Assembly (NCBI GenBank): GCA_963842395.1
Contig: CAWJGJ010000001.1
Span: 1,834,889 to 1,898,888, forward strand
Direction of reading: 5' to 3'
Length of the DNA: 64,000 nt
DNA from: an uncultured Acidimicrobiales bacterium
GTDB taxonomy: Bacteria > Actinomycetota > Acidimicrobiia > Acidimicrobiales > VFJN01
Shown: positions 9,668 through 19,218 of the stretch, piece by piece
Position numbering within the stretch: position 1 is the stretch's first letter
Layout of the letters: each line of letters opens with the position of its first letter
The notes under the pieces: generated by a model
Databases searched by the model: none
What the model was told of the DNA's origin: nothing
Seen by the model: the letters and a program-made list of their open reading frames with translations, nothing else
Made by a program: the position numbers and the translations under genes

Positions 9668-9739
9668 CACTGCGGGCCGTACCGGGAGCCGCCTCCCGTG
9701 CGCTGGCCACGGCGCGTCGTCCGGGTGTCGGGTGGGCCG

Positions 9740-10135
9740 TCAGCCCGGTCGTTGGGCGGTGTGATCCGTCGGCTGGGGGGTGACGCTGAGCACCTTGACG
9801 CCATCCGGCGTCTCGAACCGGTGCCAGGTGCCCTGCGGCACGATCACGAGATCGCCGGACCTGAGGCGAGCGGGCTGCTCGCCCTCCTCCCCGAGGAAGA
9901 AGATGGTCGTCTCGCCGTCGAGGACCATCACGATCTCGTCGGCGACGCCATGACGCTCCCACTCGCTGTCTCCGGCCCAGTGGCCGACGAACACGCCACC
10001 CTCCCGATACGGCGCCAACATGGCGAAGGCGTCGGCCGCCTCATCGTCCGTGGTGCCCGGCGAGCGATCAGCGAGGAACCGGAGACCCGAGAGGACGTCC
10101 GTGGTCGAGACCGGTTGTGGACGCGCTGGCTCCAT
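9740..10135 (-). CDS. cupin domain protein
   Basis: 131-aa sub-ORF from ATG 10135. Cupin motifs GDSEWERHGVADEIVMVLDGE and GDLVIVPQGTWHRF. TACATT lies 6 nt upstream of the ATG, which looks leaderless. Confidence 0.75.
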   Translation of the reverse strand: MEPARPQPVSTTDVLSGLRFLADRSPGTTDDEAADAFAMLAPYREGGVFVGHWAGDSEWERHGVADEIVMVLDGETTIFFLGEEGEQPARLRSGDLVIVPQGTWHRFETPDGVKVLSVTPQPTDHTAQRPG

Positions 10136-10271
10136 CGCCTGAATGTACTGCGGGGACGGACCGGCATGACCGGGCGACCAGACGGAAATGGGAGGGGCCC
10201 TGCCCGGCGCACCCGTAGGGAGCGGGCTACGCTCCGTGGAGTTCCGGGTTACGGCGGAGCAGGGGGATGTC

Positions 10272-11627
10272 ATGGCACTCGACCGAGGTCCGGGTGGGGC
10301 GCTCCGGCGTCCAGCCGCAGTGGCGGCGGCGGCGTTCGCTTTGGTGGCGACGGGGTGCTGGCCCCAGCCGGGAGGGGGGCCGGAGCACACGCGGGCCAAC
10401 ACCCTCGAGACCGGGTTGAACAGCGGGAACGTGTCCGGGTTGGCGGAGGCCTGGTCGGTGCCGACCGCGGCCCTCGCCTACGAGCCCGTGGTCGCGAACG
10501 GGCGGGTCGTCGTGTCGGAGGACGACTGGCCGGGCGACGGCTCCGTCCACGTCGAGGCCTTCTCGCCGGGCACCGGCGCCCGGCTGTGGCATCGCGTGCT
10601 GGTCGACAGCAGCGTGCGCCCGATTGTCAACCCCGTCGCCTTCTCGGGCGACGCCCTGGTGACCGGCTACGGCTGGGCCGGAGGGGTCAATCCGCCGCCG
10701 TCCTCGTGCCCGACCGGCATCGAGAGACTCGACCCCGCCACCGGGGCCCGGCTGTCCTTCGAGCCGGGCCGGAGGCCGATGGGGCCCGCGGTGACGAGCG
10801 GCGACCACGTGGCGGTGGTGACGCAGCCCATCGGCGCCGGCTGCGTGCCCGGCACGACGCTGCGCCTCGAGGTGCGGGACCGGGACACGCTGGCCATGCA
10901 GTACAGCTACACGCCGCCCGACGGCTCCCTCTCCTTCCTGCCGACGTTCGCCGGCGACAAGGTGATCATCCCCGACGGCTCGAGCCTGCTGGCCTTCCCG
11001 GCCGCAGGCTGCGGCGCCACGACCTGCTCCCCGGCGTGGACGGCGACGGTGCCCAGCAGCCCGCCGATCTCCGTGACCTCCTTCGGCGGCGCCGCCGTCG
11101 CCTCGAACGGCGTCCTCTTCGTGAAGACGACCACAACCCTCGCCGGGCGTCCGCCGACCATCTCCAGCGCCGTCCGGGCGTTCGACCCTGCCACCGGCGC
11201 CCAGCTCAGCGGCGTCGCCGACATCGGAAGCAACACCGGCGTGCTGGCCGTGCGGGGCTCGACGATCTACTACACGCAGGAGCCGGGGGCCGCGACCGAG
11301 GTGATCCACGTGCGGGCGATCGAGTACTGCGCGGACTGCGCCACGCCGTTCACGACCTCGTGGTCCGTCCCGATCCCGGCGAGGTTCTTCACCACCGAGG
11401 TGACCGTCGGCGGCGACGTCGTGTACGTCGGGGTGAACGACGTGTCGAGCGACGGTGTCGTCGTCGCGCTCGGTGCAGACGGGTGCGGGGCCGAGACCTG
11501 CAGCCCGTTGGCCACGGTCCCGGTCACCGGGTCCGCCCTCGAGCTCTCGGTGTCGGGCGGCCGCGTGTTCGCCGCCACCACCCTGGGCAACTTCAACTTC
11601 GCGCTCTCCGCCCTCGCCCTCCCCTGA
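10272..11627 (+). CDS. secreted PQQ-like beta-propeller repeat lipoprotein
   Basis: ATG 10272. Lipobox-like AFALVATGC. Repeated xxDxxTGxxLW blade motifs (FSPGTGARLWH, LDPATGARL, FDPATGAQL). Confidence 0.65.
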   Translation: MALDRGPGGALRRPAAVAAAAFALVATGCWPQPGGGPEHTRANTLETGLNSGNVSGLAEAWSVPTAALAYEPVVANGRVVVSEDDWPGDGSVHVEAFSPGTGARLWHRVLVDSSVRPIVNPVAFSGDALVTGYGWAGGVNPPPSSCPTGIERLDPATGARLSFEPGRRPMGPAVTSGDHVAVVTQPIGAGCVPGTTLRLEVRDRDTLAMQYSYTPPDGSLSFLPTFAGDKVIIPDGSSLLAFPAAGCGATTCSPAWTATVPSSPPISVTSFGGAAVASNGVLFVKTTTTLAGRPPTISSAVRAFDPATGAQLSGVADIGSNTGVLAVRGSTIYYTQEPGAATEVIHVRAIEYCADCATPFTTSWSVPIPARFFTTEVTVGGDVVYVGVNDVSSDGVVVALGADGCGAETCSPLATVPVTGSALELSVSGGRVFAATTLGNFNFALSALALP

Positions 11628-11816
11628 GACTCCGCCCCCCTGAGCCCGGGGCAACCGGCGAGCAACCTCCGAGCAACCCCGGCGTCGTTACCGTCACGCC
11701 CCAGCGGCCCCAGCCCGCGTCGAGGGCGAGACGACGAGCGGCGGACGGGCAGGCGCGGTCGGGGCAGACCGTGCGCTCACCGCCGCGCCCTCGTGGTGAC
11801 GAAGCGAGGAGCAGCC

Positions 11817-13379
11817 ATGAGATTCGGGCGGATCATCAGGACGACGGGCGCGGTGTGCGCACTCGCCGTCGTGGCCTTGGCCGCACCGGCGGACGCCGGG
11901 TCCGGCGGCGACCAGTGGACGAGCGCCGGAGGCAACCCGGCGAACACCCGGTTCCAGGCCTCGGAACACGAGATCTCCGTCGCCAACGCGGGTGACCTCG
12001 ACGTGGACTGGGTCGTGGAGACCGGCGGCGACGTCTCGGCGACCCCGGCGGTCGACGAGGACCGGGTGTACTTCCCCGACTGGGCCGGCAACCTCTACGC
12101 GGTCGACCGGGCCACCGGCGCCATCGCGTGGACGCGGACCATCACCAGCTACTCCGGCATCCCGGGCGACAAGGCGCGGGCGACGCCGGCGATCTCCGGC
12201 AACACCCTCGTCGTCGGCAACCAGGGCCCGCTGGGCGGCGGCGGCCGGGTGTTCGGGATCGACAAGAGGACCGGCGCGCTGCTGTGGGCGACGCAGGTCG
12301 ATCCCCATCCCGCCGCCATCATCACCCAGTCGGCCGTCATCCACGGTGGCGTGGCCTACGTCGGCGTCGCCTCCCAGGAGGAGCTGCTCGCCGCGATCGC
12401 CCCCGACTATCCCTGCTGCACGTTCCGGGGCAGCATGGCGGCCCTCGACATCAAGACCGGCAAGCTGTTGTGGACGACTTCGATGGCGCCCCCCGGCTAC
12501 AGCGGCAACGCCATCTGGGGCAGCTCCCCGGCCGTGGACACCCGGCGGGGCAACCTGTACATCGCCACCGGCAACAACTACTCCGTTCCGGACTCGGTCC
12601 TGCAGTGCGTCACCGACGCCGCGGGCGATCCCGAGACGACGGAGGCCTGCCTGCCCGCGGACGACTTCTTCGACGCCATCCTGGCGCTCGACCTCCGCAC
12701 CGGGCAGGTGAAGTGGGTGACCCGGGCGCTGCCCTTCGACGCCTGGACCGTCGACTGCATCCCGTTCCTCGGTGACGGGGGGAACTGCCCCGAGCCGGCG
12801 GGCCCCGACTACGACTTCGGCCAGGCGCCGGCGCTCTTCCAGGCCAAGGACGCGCAGGGACGGAAGGTCGACCTCGTCGGCGCCGGACAGAAGAGCGGCG
12901 TGTACTGGGCGCTCGATCCGGACACCGGCGCGGTGGTCTGGGAGACCCAGACCGGACCCGGGGGCACCGCCGGCGGGCTCCAGTGGGGATCGGCCGTCGA
13001 TGGCCGCCGGGTCTACACGGCGAACGCCAACAGCAACCTCGTCCCGTGGGGCCCCGACGACACGACCGCGGGCATGTGGGCCGGGCTCGACGCCGCCACC
13101 GGGGAGATCCTGTGGCAGACCGCACCGCCGCAGGGTGGCGGTGCCTCGGGGCCGGTGACCACCGCCAACGGCGTGGTGTTCGGGTGCAGCCTCGACGCAC
13201 TCGGTCACATGTACGCACTCGACGCCGCCAGCGGCGACGTCCTGTGGCAGTACGCGAGCGGTGGCTCGTGCCTGTCGGGCGCCGCCATCTCGAACGGGAC
13301 GCTGTACTGGGGCTCCGGCTACTCGAACTTCGGCTTCGGGACCCCCAACAACCAGCTGTACGCCTTCTCCGTCCACTGA
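11817..13379 (+). CDS. secreted PQQ-like beta-propeller repeat protein
   Basis: ATG 11817 after GAGGAG. Signal peptide ...ALAAPADAGS. Seven clear blade motifs (YAVDRATGAIAWT, FGIDKRTGALLWA, AALDIKTGKLLWT, LALDLRTGQVKWV, WALDPDTGAVVWE, AGLDAATGEILWQ, YALDAASGDVLWQ). Confidence 0.7.
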   Translation: MRFGRIIRTTGAVCALAVVALAAPADAGSGGDQWTSAGGNPANTRFQASEHEISVANAGDLDVDWVVETGGDVSATPAVDEDRVYFPDWAGNLYAVDRATGAIAWTRTITSYSGIPGDKARATPAISGNTLVVGNQGPLGGGGRVFGIDKRTGALLWATQVDPHPAAIITQSAVIHGGVAYVGVASQEELLAAIAPDYPCCTFRGSMAALDIKTGKLLWTTSMAPPGYSGNAIWGSSPAVDTRRGNLYIATGNNYSVPDSVLQCVTDAAGDPETTEACLPADDFFDAILALDLRTGQVKWVTRALPFDAWTVDCIPFLGDGGNCPEPAGPDYDFGQAPALFQAKDAQGRKVDLVGAGQKSGVYWALDPDTGAVVWETQTGPGGTAGGLQWGSAVDGRRVYTANANSNLVPWGPDDTTAGMWAGLDAATGEILWQTAPPQGGGASGPVTTANGVVFGCSLDALGHMYALDAASGDVLWQYASGGSCLSGAAISNGTLYWGSGYSNFGFGTPNNQLYAFSVH

Positions 13380-13404
13380 CGGTCCTGGCACCTGCAGGCC
13401 AGGT

Positions 13405-13436
13405 GGGGCGGTCGGGGCTCAGGCTCCGACCGCCCC
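13405..13436. terminator. GC-rich hairpin between convergent genes (bidirectional terminator candidate)
   Basis: Perfect 11-bp inverted repeat GGGGCGGTCGG (13405-13415) / CCGACCGCCCC (13426-13436) with a 10-nt loop. The regulator's stop codon lies in the loop. No clear U-tract. Confidence 0.5.
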
Positions 13437-16400
13437 CGCCGGCCCGTAGGCCGGGGCGATCGCAGGTCGGCGCGCGGCCGCCAGCCTGGCCTCCGAGCGG
13501 GCCGACCACGGGACGGCGCCGAAGGCGCGCTCGACCTCGCAGGCCCGCTCCAGGTAGCCCACCGCCTCGGCTCGCCGGCCGAGAGCGAGGGCCACGCAGC
13601 CGAGCTGGTGGGCGACGGAGCCCCACACGAGCCCGGGACCGGCCAGCGTCGCGAGGCGATCCGGGAACGGTGCCAGGGCGGTCGCACAGGCGGCCATCGC
13701 GTCGCCGTCGCCGACCAGGACCGCGGCCTCGGCGAGCGTGACGGCGCCGAGCAGCCACTGCGAGTCGTGGGGCAGCCGGTCGAGGCCGCCCGCGGCCAGG
13801 CGCGCCACGAGCGGCGCCGCGTCGTGCGTCCGGCCCGCTGCCGCCATCACGAGGGCGCGCGGGCCCAGCACGCCGGCGTTGCTCGGCCCCGTGGCCGCCG
13901 CCCGGTCGGCCATGTCGGCCACCTCGGCGGCCCGACCCTGGAGCAGGCGGAGCATGCAGAGCTGGGCACCGAAGGCGAGCAGGGCGTCCGGCGCCGGCTC
14001 GGCGTCCCACACGGCGAGCGCCGCGGCCGCCTGCGCCTCGGCGTCGTCCAGGTCTCCGGCGAGCGCCGCCACGACCGCATCCCACACCCGGGCCCGCCAG
14101 CGGGGGACGACGCCGCCCGCCTCCGCGGCGAGCGCCCGGCCGCGGGCGACCGCGTCGTCGAACGCCGCACGGTCGCCGAGCTCGCAGGCGTCGGCCGCCA
14201 GCCAGTCGAGGGCGTCGACCACGGCCGGCAGGTCTCCGACGGCCTCCGCGGCGCGGAGCCCGGCCCGCGCCCGGGCCCGGCGCACCTGGGCGTCACGCGG
14301 GTGCCAGTAGGCGACCCGGCTGGCGGGAAGGGCGGCCACCAGCGCCTCCTGCGTCCCCTCGGCGTCCGCGAGCGCGACGGCCTCACGCCCGAGCTCCCGG
14401 CGGCGGGGCCTGTCCTCCCGCCGGTAGGAGGCGAGGGCCAGCTCGCCCGTGACGCGGATCCGCAGGATCCGTTGGCCCGCGGGCAGAGCGACCCGGGCCT
14501 CCGCCAGCAGGCCGATCCGGGCGCGGTCTGCGATCCACCCGGAGACGCCGCGGCCGCCCACCGACGACCCGAGCGCCGCGCGGGCGAGGGTGACGGCGTC
14601 CCCGGTGGCGCGGGCCAGCGACGCGGCCTCGAGCAGCGCCGCCCGGCCCGCGGCGGCGTCGCCGGTCCCGGCGCGGGCGGTCGCCAGGTCGAGGAGAGCC
14701 GTCGACCGCCATGCCGGATCGCCGCGGGGCGCGATCGCCAGCGCGGTCGCCAGATGGTGTGCGGCGTCGTCGTACGCGAGCTGCTGCAGCGCCTGGCGCC
14801 CCACGCGCACGCTCCACTCGGCGGCCCGGCGCGCGTGGTCCGGGCCCGCACGGCGCCAGTGGTGGGCGATCTCGTCGGCCGGCCCGTCCCGGTCCTCGAG
14901 CGCCCTCGCCACCGCGGCGTGGACAGCCGCCCGGCGCGCCGCCGACTGGGCGTCGGCCACCGCGACCTGCACGATCCCGTGGACGAAGGCATAGCGGCCC
15001 CGCGCCCCGTCGACCTCGTGGAGCAGCCCGGCGGCGACGGCATCGTCGAGCGACGTGATCGTGTCGTCGTCGTCCCGAGCGAGGGCCGCGGCCACGGCTC
15101 CGACGTCGAACTCGATGCCGGCCACGGCGCCGACGCGCACGGCGTCGCGCACCGCCGCGGGCAGACGCTCGATCCTGGCCACGAGCACGTCCCTGATCGA
15201 CGGGGGCACGTCACCGCCCTCGAGCGCGCCGTAGCGGGCGAGCGCGGTGAGCAGGAACGGATTACCGGCGGTGGCGACGCGCAGCCGGTCGACATGCGGG
15301 GCCGATCCGTTGACGGTGCCCCGCTCGGCGGCCACGAACGCGCCGATGGCGTCGGCATCCAGGCCGGCGAGGTCGACCACCTCGACGCTGCCGTCGCGGT
15401 GCAGGTCGGCCACGAGACCGGTCACCAGGGCGCTGGCGTCCGGCGCGGTCGACCGGGCGGTGGCGAGCACCAGGACGGGCCGGTCGGCCAGGGCCCGGAC
15501 GACGTGCCGCGTGAGCATCGCAGTCGACGTGGTCGCCCAGTGCACGTCCTCCAGCACGACGACGGTCGGACCGATCCCCGCGACGGCGCGCAGCCAGCCC
15601 GCGACCGCATCGAACAGCCGGAGCCGCTGCGCCGCCGGGTCGATCCCGGAGGACGGCCGGCGGCCGGCCGGCAGGTGGCGCGCCAGCTCGGGTGCCAGGG
15701 CGGCGAGGGCCCCGGCGTCGTCGCCCAGCCGGGCGGCCAGGGTGTCGAGCGGCGCCCGGTCGGCCAACTCGCGCAGCGCGGCCACGAAGGGCTGGTACGG
15801 CGCACCGACGCCCTCGTCACACCGGCCGTAGAGGACGTTGGCCCCCAGGGCCAGCGCCCGGCCGCCGAACTCGGCCGCCAGCCGGGACTTGCCGATGCCC
15901 TGCTCGCCCCGCAGCACGACGAGGCGCGCACCGTCCGCCCCCGCGCCGTCGAGGGCCGCGTCGAGTCGCGCCAGCTCCCTGGTGCGTCCGACGAACGGGA
16001 TGTCCCCGCGCCGGCCTCGCAAGGCCCGGGGCAGGACCGTGGCGAACCCGATGCCGCGGAGCTGCGCCGGCCGGTCGTCGGGGCCGGCGGCGAGCGACGG
16101 GTCCTGGCGCAGGATGCGCCCCTCGAGCTCCGCCAGCTCCACACCCGGGTCGAGCCCCAGGTCGTCCACGAGCGCCGCGCTCGGCGCGCCGCTGCACGGC
16201 CAGAGCCTCGGCCTGGCGCCCGCTGCGGTAGAGGGCCGTGACGAGCTGGACCTGCAGCCGCTCGCGCAGCGGGTGTGCCGACGCGAGGGCACCGAGGGCC
16301 GGCACCAGCTCGGCGTGGCGCCCGACCGCGAGCTGCGCGTCGAACAACCGCTCCTGCGCGACGAGGCGCAGCTCGTCGAGCCGGATCGCGTCGTGCCGGG

Positions 16401-16818
16401 CCCAGCTCAGGTGCGCGAACTCCTCGAACGCGCCGCCCCGCCACTCGGCCAGCGCCGGGAGCAGCAGGCGCTCGACGTGGTCCGGCGCGCCCGTCGCCTC
16501 GCCCACCGACCGCTCGAACCGGGCGGCGTCGAGCGTGTCGGGCCCGGTGGCCAGGGCGTATCCACCGGGCGCGGACGACAGGAACTCGGCTCCTCCCGGC
16601 AGGAGCTGCCGGAGCTTGGCCACGTAGGTCCGCAACGTGGGCACCGACCGCCGCTCCGGATCGTCCTCCCACAGGTCGTCGGCCAACCGGTCCGACGGCA
16701 CCACGGACCCGTTGCTCAACGCAAGGCGCGCGATGAGCGCGCGCCGCCGGAACCCCGCCACGACGACATCCCGACCACCGACGGTCACCGCCAGAGGACC
16801 AAGCACTGCCACCCGCAC
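13419..16818 (-). pseudogene. AfsR/SARP-family regulator (OmpR-type wHTH + BTAD + P-loop NTPase + TPR), reading frame broken once
   Basis: The N-terminal frame (GTG about 16818) gives VRVAVLGPLAV...RTYVAKLR...LYRSGRQAEALAV. The C-terminal frame resumes with SAALVDDLGLDPGVELAELEGRILRQDP, then GEQGIGKSRL (Walker A) and a long TPR-like region. The frame switch is at about 16181-16210. Confidence 0.7.
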
Positions 16819-16910
16819 GACGCCCGGGGAGGACGTCCCTACTTCCGCCCGCACGCCGGAGACCGTAGTTGCCCGCCGCAACAAACGCGCAGAGTGACGG
16901 CTTCGCCGGG

Positions 16911-17366
16911 TCAGGTCGTGCTGGGCACCCTGAACTGCTCGCGCTCGTCGGGGTCGTCGAAGCCGATGATCGCCCAGGCCTGGCGCTTGCCGGTGCGTCG
17001 TAGGCCCTCGACCCGGTGGTTGCCGTCCTCGAGGAACAGCTCGCCGTCGCGATAGGACGCGATCACCGGCGGGGGCTCCCACCCCTCGCGCACGACCTGC
17101 TCGAGGTCGTCGACGTCGTCGCGCCAGTAGTCCTCGTCGACCGGGCACAGCACCGGCTCACCGGGAGGGCCGGCCAGGCGGTTCAGCTGCTGCAGCGGGA
17201 CCCGTACCGGACCGAGCCACCAGCGGGGCCGGCTGGTGAGGCGCGCGGCGAGCGCGCCGTTGTCGCTGCCCGGGCTGGCGAGGAACTCGGCGACCCAGTC
17301 CTCGAGCTCGTCGCGCTCCGCGGCGGCGCGCGCGGCATCGATCGAGTACCTGTCGTCGTCCGTCAT
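16911..17366 (-). CDS. ParB/sulfiredoxin-like nuclease-domain protein
   Basis: 151-aa sub-ORF from ATG 17366. The motif LFLEDGNHRVEGLRRTG (DGxHR) is characteristic of ParB-like N-terminal domains. Confidence 0.6.
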   Translation of the reverse strand: MTDDDRYSIDAARAAAERDELEDWVAEFLASPGSDNGALAARLTSRPRWWLGPVRVPLQQLNRLAGPPGEPVLCPVDEDYWRDDVDDLEQVVREGWEPPPVIASYRDGELFLEDGNHRVEGLRRTGKRQAWAIIGFDDPDEREQFRVPSTT

Positions 17367-17424
17367 GCCCCGATGCCTACCCCCGGGGACGGCGGTCCTA
17401 CCCGCGGGGCGTGCCCGCGGCGCG

Positions 17425-18060
17425 TCAGCCGGCGGCGAGCGGGAGGAGGTGGCTCGCCTCGTTGAACGAGTGCAGCGTCCACCGCCCGGGCTCCGGCTCC
17501 CACTCCCACTCGGTGAGCCCCGTGTTGCTCGGCGCCAGCCGTGCACCGGTCCCCGACCGGCCGATGCCGGCCAGCACCCGCATCGACGCCATGATCACGC
17601 CGGCGTGGCACACGGCCACGACCGTCCGCTCCCTGTACTCCCGCGCCAGCCTCTCGAGCACCTGCTGCACGCGCGCGTGGAAGCTGGTCCAGCTCTCCCC
17701 CTCCGGGGCGAACACCCGGTCCGGTTCGGCCTCCATGTCGAAGGATCCGTAGCGGACGCCCCACTCGGCCCACTCCAGGCCATCGGCGGCGCCGGTGTGC
17801 ACCTCGCAGAGGTCGCAGTCGCGGCCGAAGGTCTCGACTCCCAGGCCGGGGGCGATGATCTCTGCGGTCTCGATGGCCCGGGGGATGATGCTGGAGAGCA
17901 GGACGTCGGCCCGCAGGCGCCCCGACGCCGCGAGGTGGTCCCGCAGCGCTGCGGCCTGCCGGCGGCCGCGGTCGGTCAGGCCGGTGCAGCCGGCCGGTCC
18001 CCCGATGACGCCGTGGAAGCCGGCGTGTGCATGTCCGTGGCGGACGAGGATCAGACGCAT
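17425..18060 (-). CDS. histidine phosphatase family protein
   Basis: 211-aa sub-ORF from ATG 18060. RHG catalytic motif (MRLILVRHGHA) and second His region (VAVCHAGVI). Confidence 0.8.
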   Translation of the reverse strand: MRLILVRHGHAHAGFHGVIGGPAGCTGLTDRGRRQAAALRDHLAASGRLRADVLLSSIIPRAIETAEIIAPGLGVETFGRDCDLCEVHTGAADGLEWAEWGVRYGSFDMEAEPDRVFAPEGESWTSFHARVQQVLERLAREYRERTVVAVCHAGVIMASMRVLAGIGRSGTGARLAPSNTGLTEWEWEPEPGRWTLHSFNEASHLLPLAAG

Positions 18061-18160
18061 CACGAGCACCGTACGGCGGCGGAGCCGCACCGATGAGAAC
18101 CGGCGGCCGCCAGCGACGGTACCGACCTCGCTGCGGTGGGCCTGCCGGCGGGCGGCCTCC

Positions 18161-19084
18161 CTACCCGAAGTGGGATTCCCGCCGGCGGAGGATCGCGCAG
18201 AGCGTCGCGTTGTACGGCGTCTCGATGCCGACCTCGCGCCCCAGCTCGACGACGGCGCCGTTGATGACGTCCACCTCGGACGGCCGGCGGGCGAGGTGGT
18301 CGAGCCGCATCGACGGGCTGGCACCCGGGATCGTGCTCGCGAACTCGGTCACGTACCGGACCGGGTCGTCGAAGCGGAAGGGCACACCCTTCGCTCGGCC
18401 GACCTGCCACGCCTCCCTCGTGCACCCGAGGGCGACGGCCCAGGCCTCGGGGTCGGCCATCAGCTCACCGACCGTCACGTCGAACGCGGCGGTCGGGGCG
18501 CTGAGCGTGACGTTGCAGAGGAACTTCTCCCACACCATCAGATCGATGTCGTCGAACGCCTTGACGGTGAAGCCGGCGTCGCCCCAGGTCCGCTCGATCC
18601 GCTGCACCCGGTCGGACACACCACCGTGCATCTCGCCGATGCGGATCAGCCGCATGCCGTGGTGGTGCACGCGCCCCAGTCCCGGGATCGACGAGCCGAA
18701 GCCCTCGGCGATGCCGACGACCACGTGCTGGTCGGGAACCTGGCGGGCCACCCGCTCACCGGCGCCGAGGCCGTTCTGGAAGGCCATCACCACGTCGTCC
18801 GGGCGGAGCAGCGGGGCGATCTGCGCCGCGACGTCCTCGACGTCCGGCGCCTTCGTCCCGACGACCCACAGGTCGCAGGGCCCGGCGTCCCCCGGCTTGT
18901 ACCCGGTGTTGATGCCGGGCACCACGAAAGTGCCGCTGGCACCCGAGACCGCCAGCCCGTCACGCGCGATGGCGTCGACGTGCTCCTGCCAGGTGTCGAT
19001 CGCCCACACCTCGTGACCGGCCCGTCCCAGCAGCCCGGCGTAGAGGGAGCCCATCGCTCCGGTTCCGACGATTGCGACCTTCAT
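18161..19084 (-). CDS. ketopantoate reductase (ApbA/PanE) family oxidoreductase
   Basis: ATG 19084 preceded by GAGGAGGG. Rossmann motif MKVAIVGTGAMGSLYAGLL. The C-terminal helical domain is typical of the family. Confidence 0.75.
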   Translation of the reverse strand: MKVAIVGTGAMGSLYAGLLGRAGHEVWAIDTWQEHVDAIARDGLAVSGASGTFVVPGINTGYKPGDAGPCDLWVVGTKAPDVEDVAAQIAPLLRPDDVVMAFQNGLGAGERVARQVPDQHVVVGIAEGFGSSIPGLGRVHHHGMRLIRIGEMHGGVSDRVQRIERTWGDAGFTVKAFDDIDLMVWEKFLCNVTLSAPTAAFDVTVGELMADPEAWAVALGCTREAWQVGRAKGVPFRFDDPVRYVTEFASTIPGASPSMRLDHLARRPSEVDVINGAVVELGREVGIETPYNATLCAILRRRESHFG

Positions 19085-19218
19085 CCGCCCTCCTCGAGCA
19101 TTGCGGTCCGCAAGGGAAGAATCTTGACCGACCGCGGGCGACCGGAGGGAATCCGGACGCACGGGCGCGGTGGAGCACAAGGTCCGAACCCGGCGCTGCG
19201 AGCGAGGAACATGAGGTG

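Noticed and set aside
9698-11995. Very long alternative-frame or antisense ORFs. Examples are 9698-11995 (+), 3380-5836 (-), 58270-60285 (+), 60563-62803 (+), 13608-16241 (+) and 25984-27351 (+).
   Set aside because: Their translations are Arg/Pro/Gly/Ala-rich low-complexity strings with no motifs. Each is overlapped by an ORF in another frame or strand that has clear family signatures and GC3 bias. Such shadow ORFs are expected in DNA this GC-rich.
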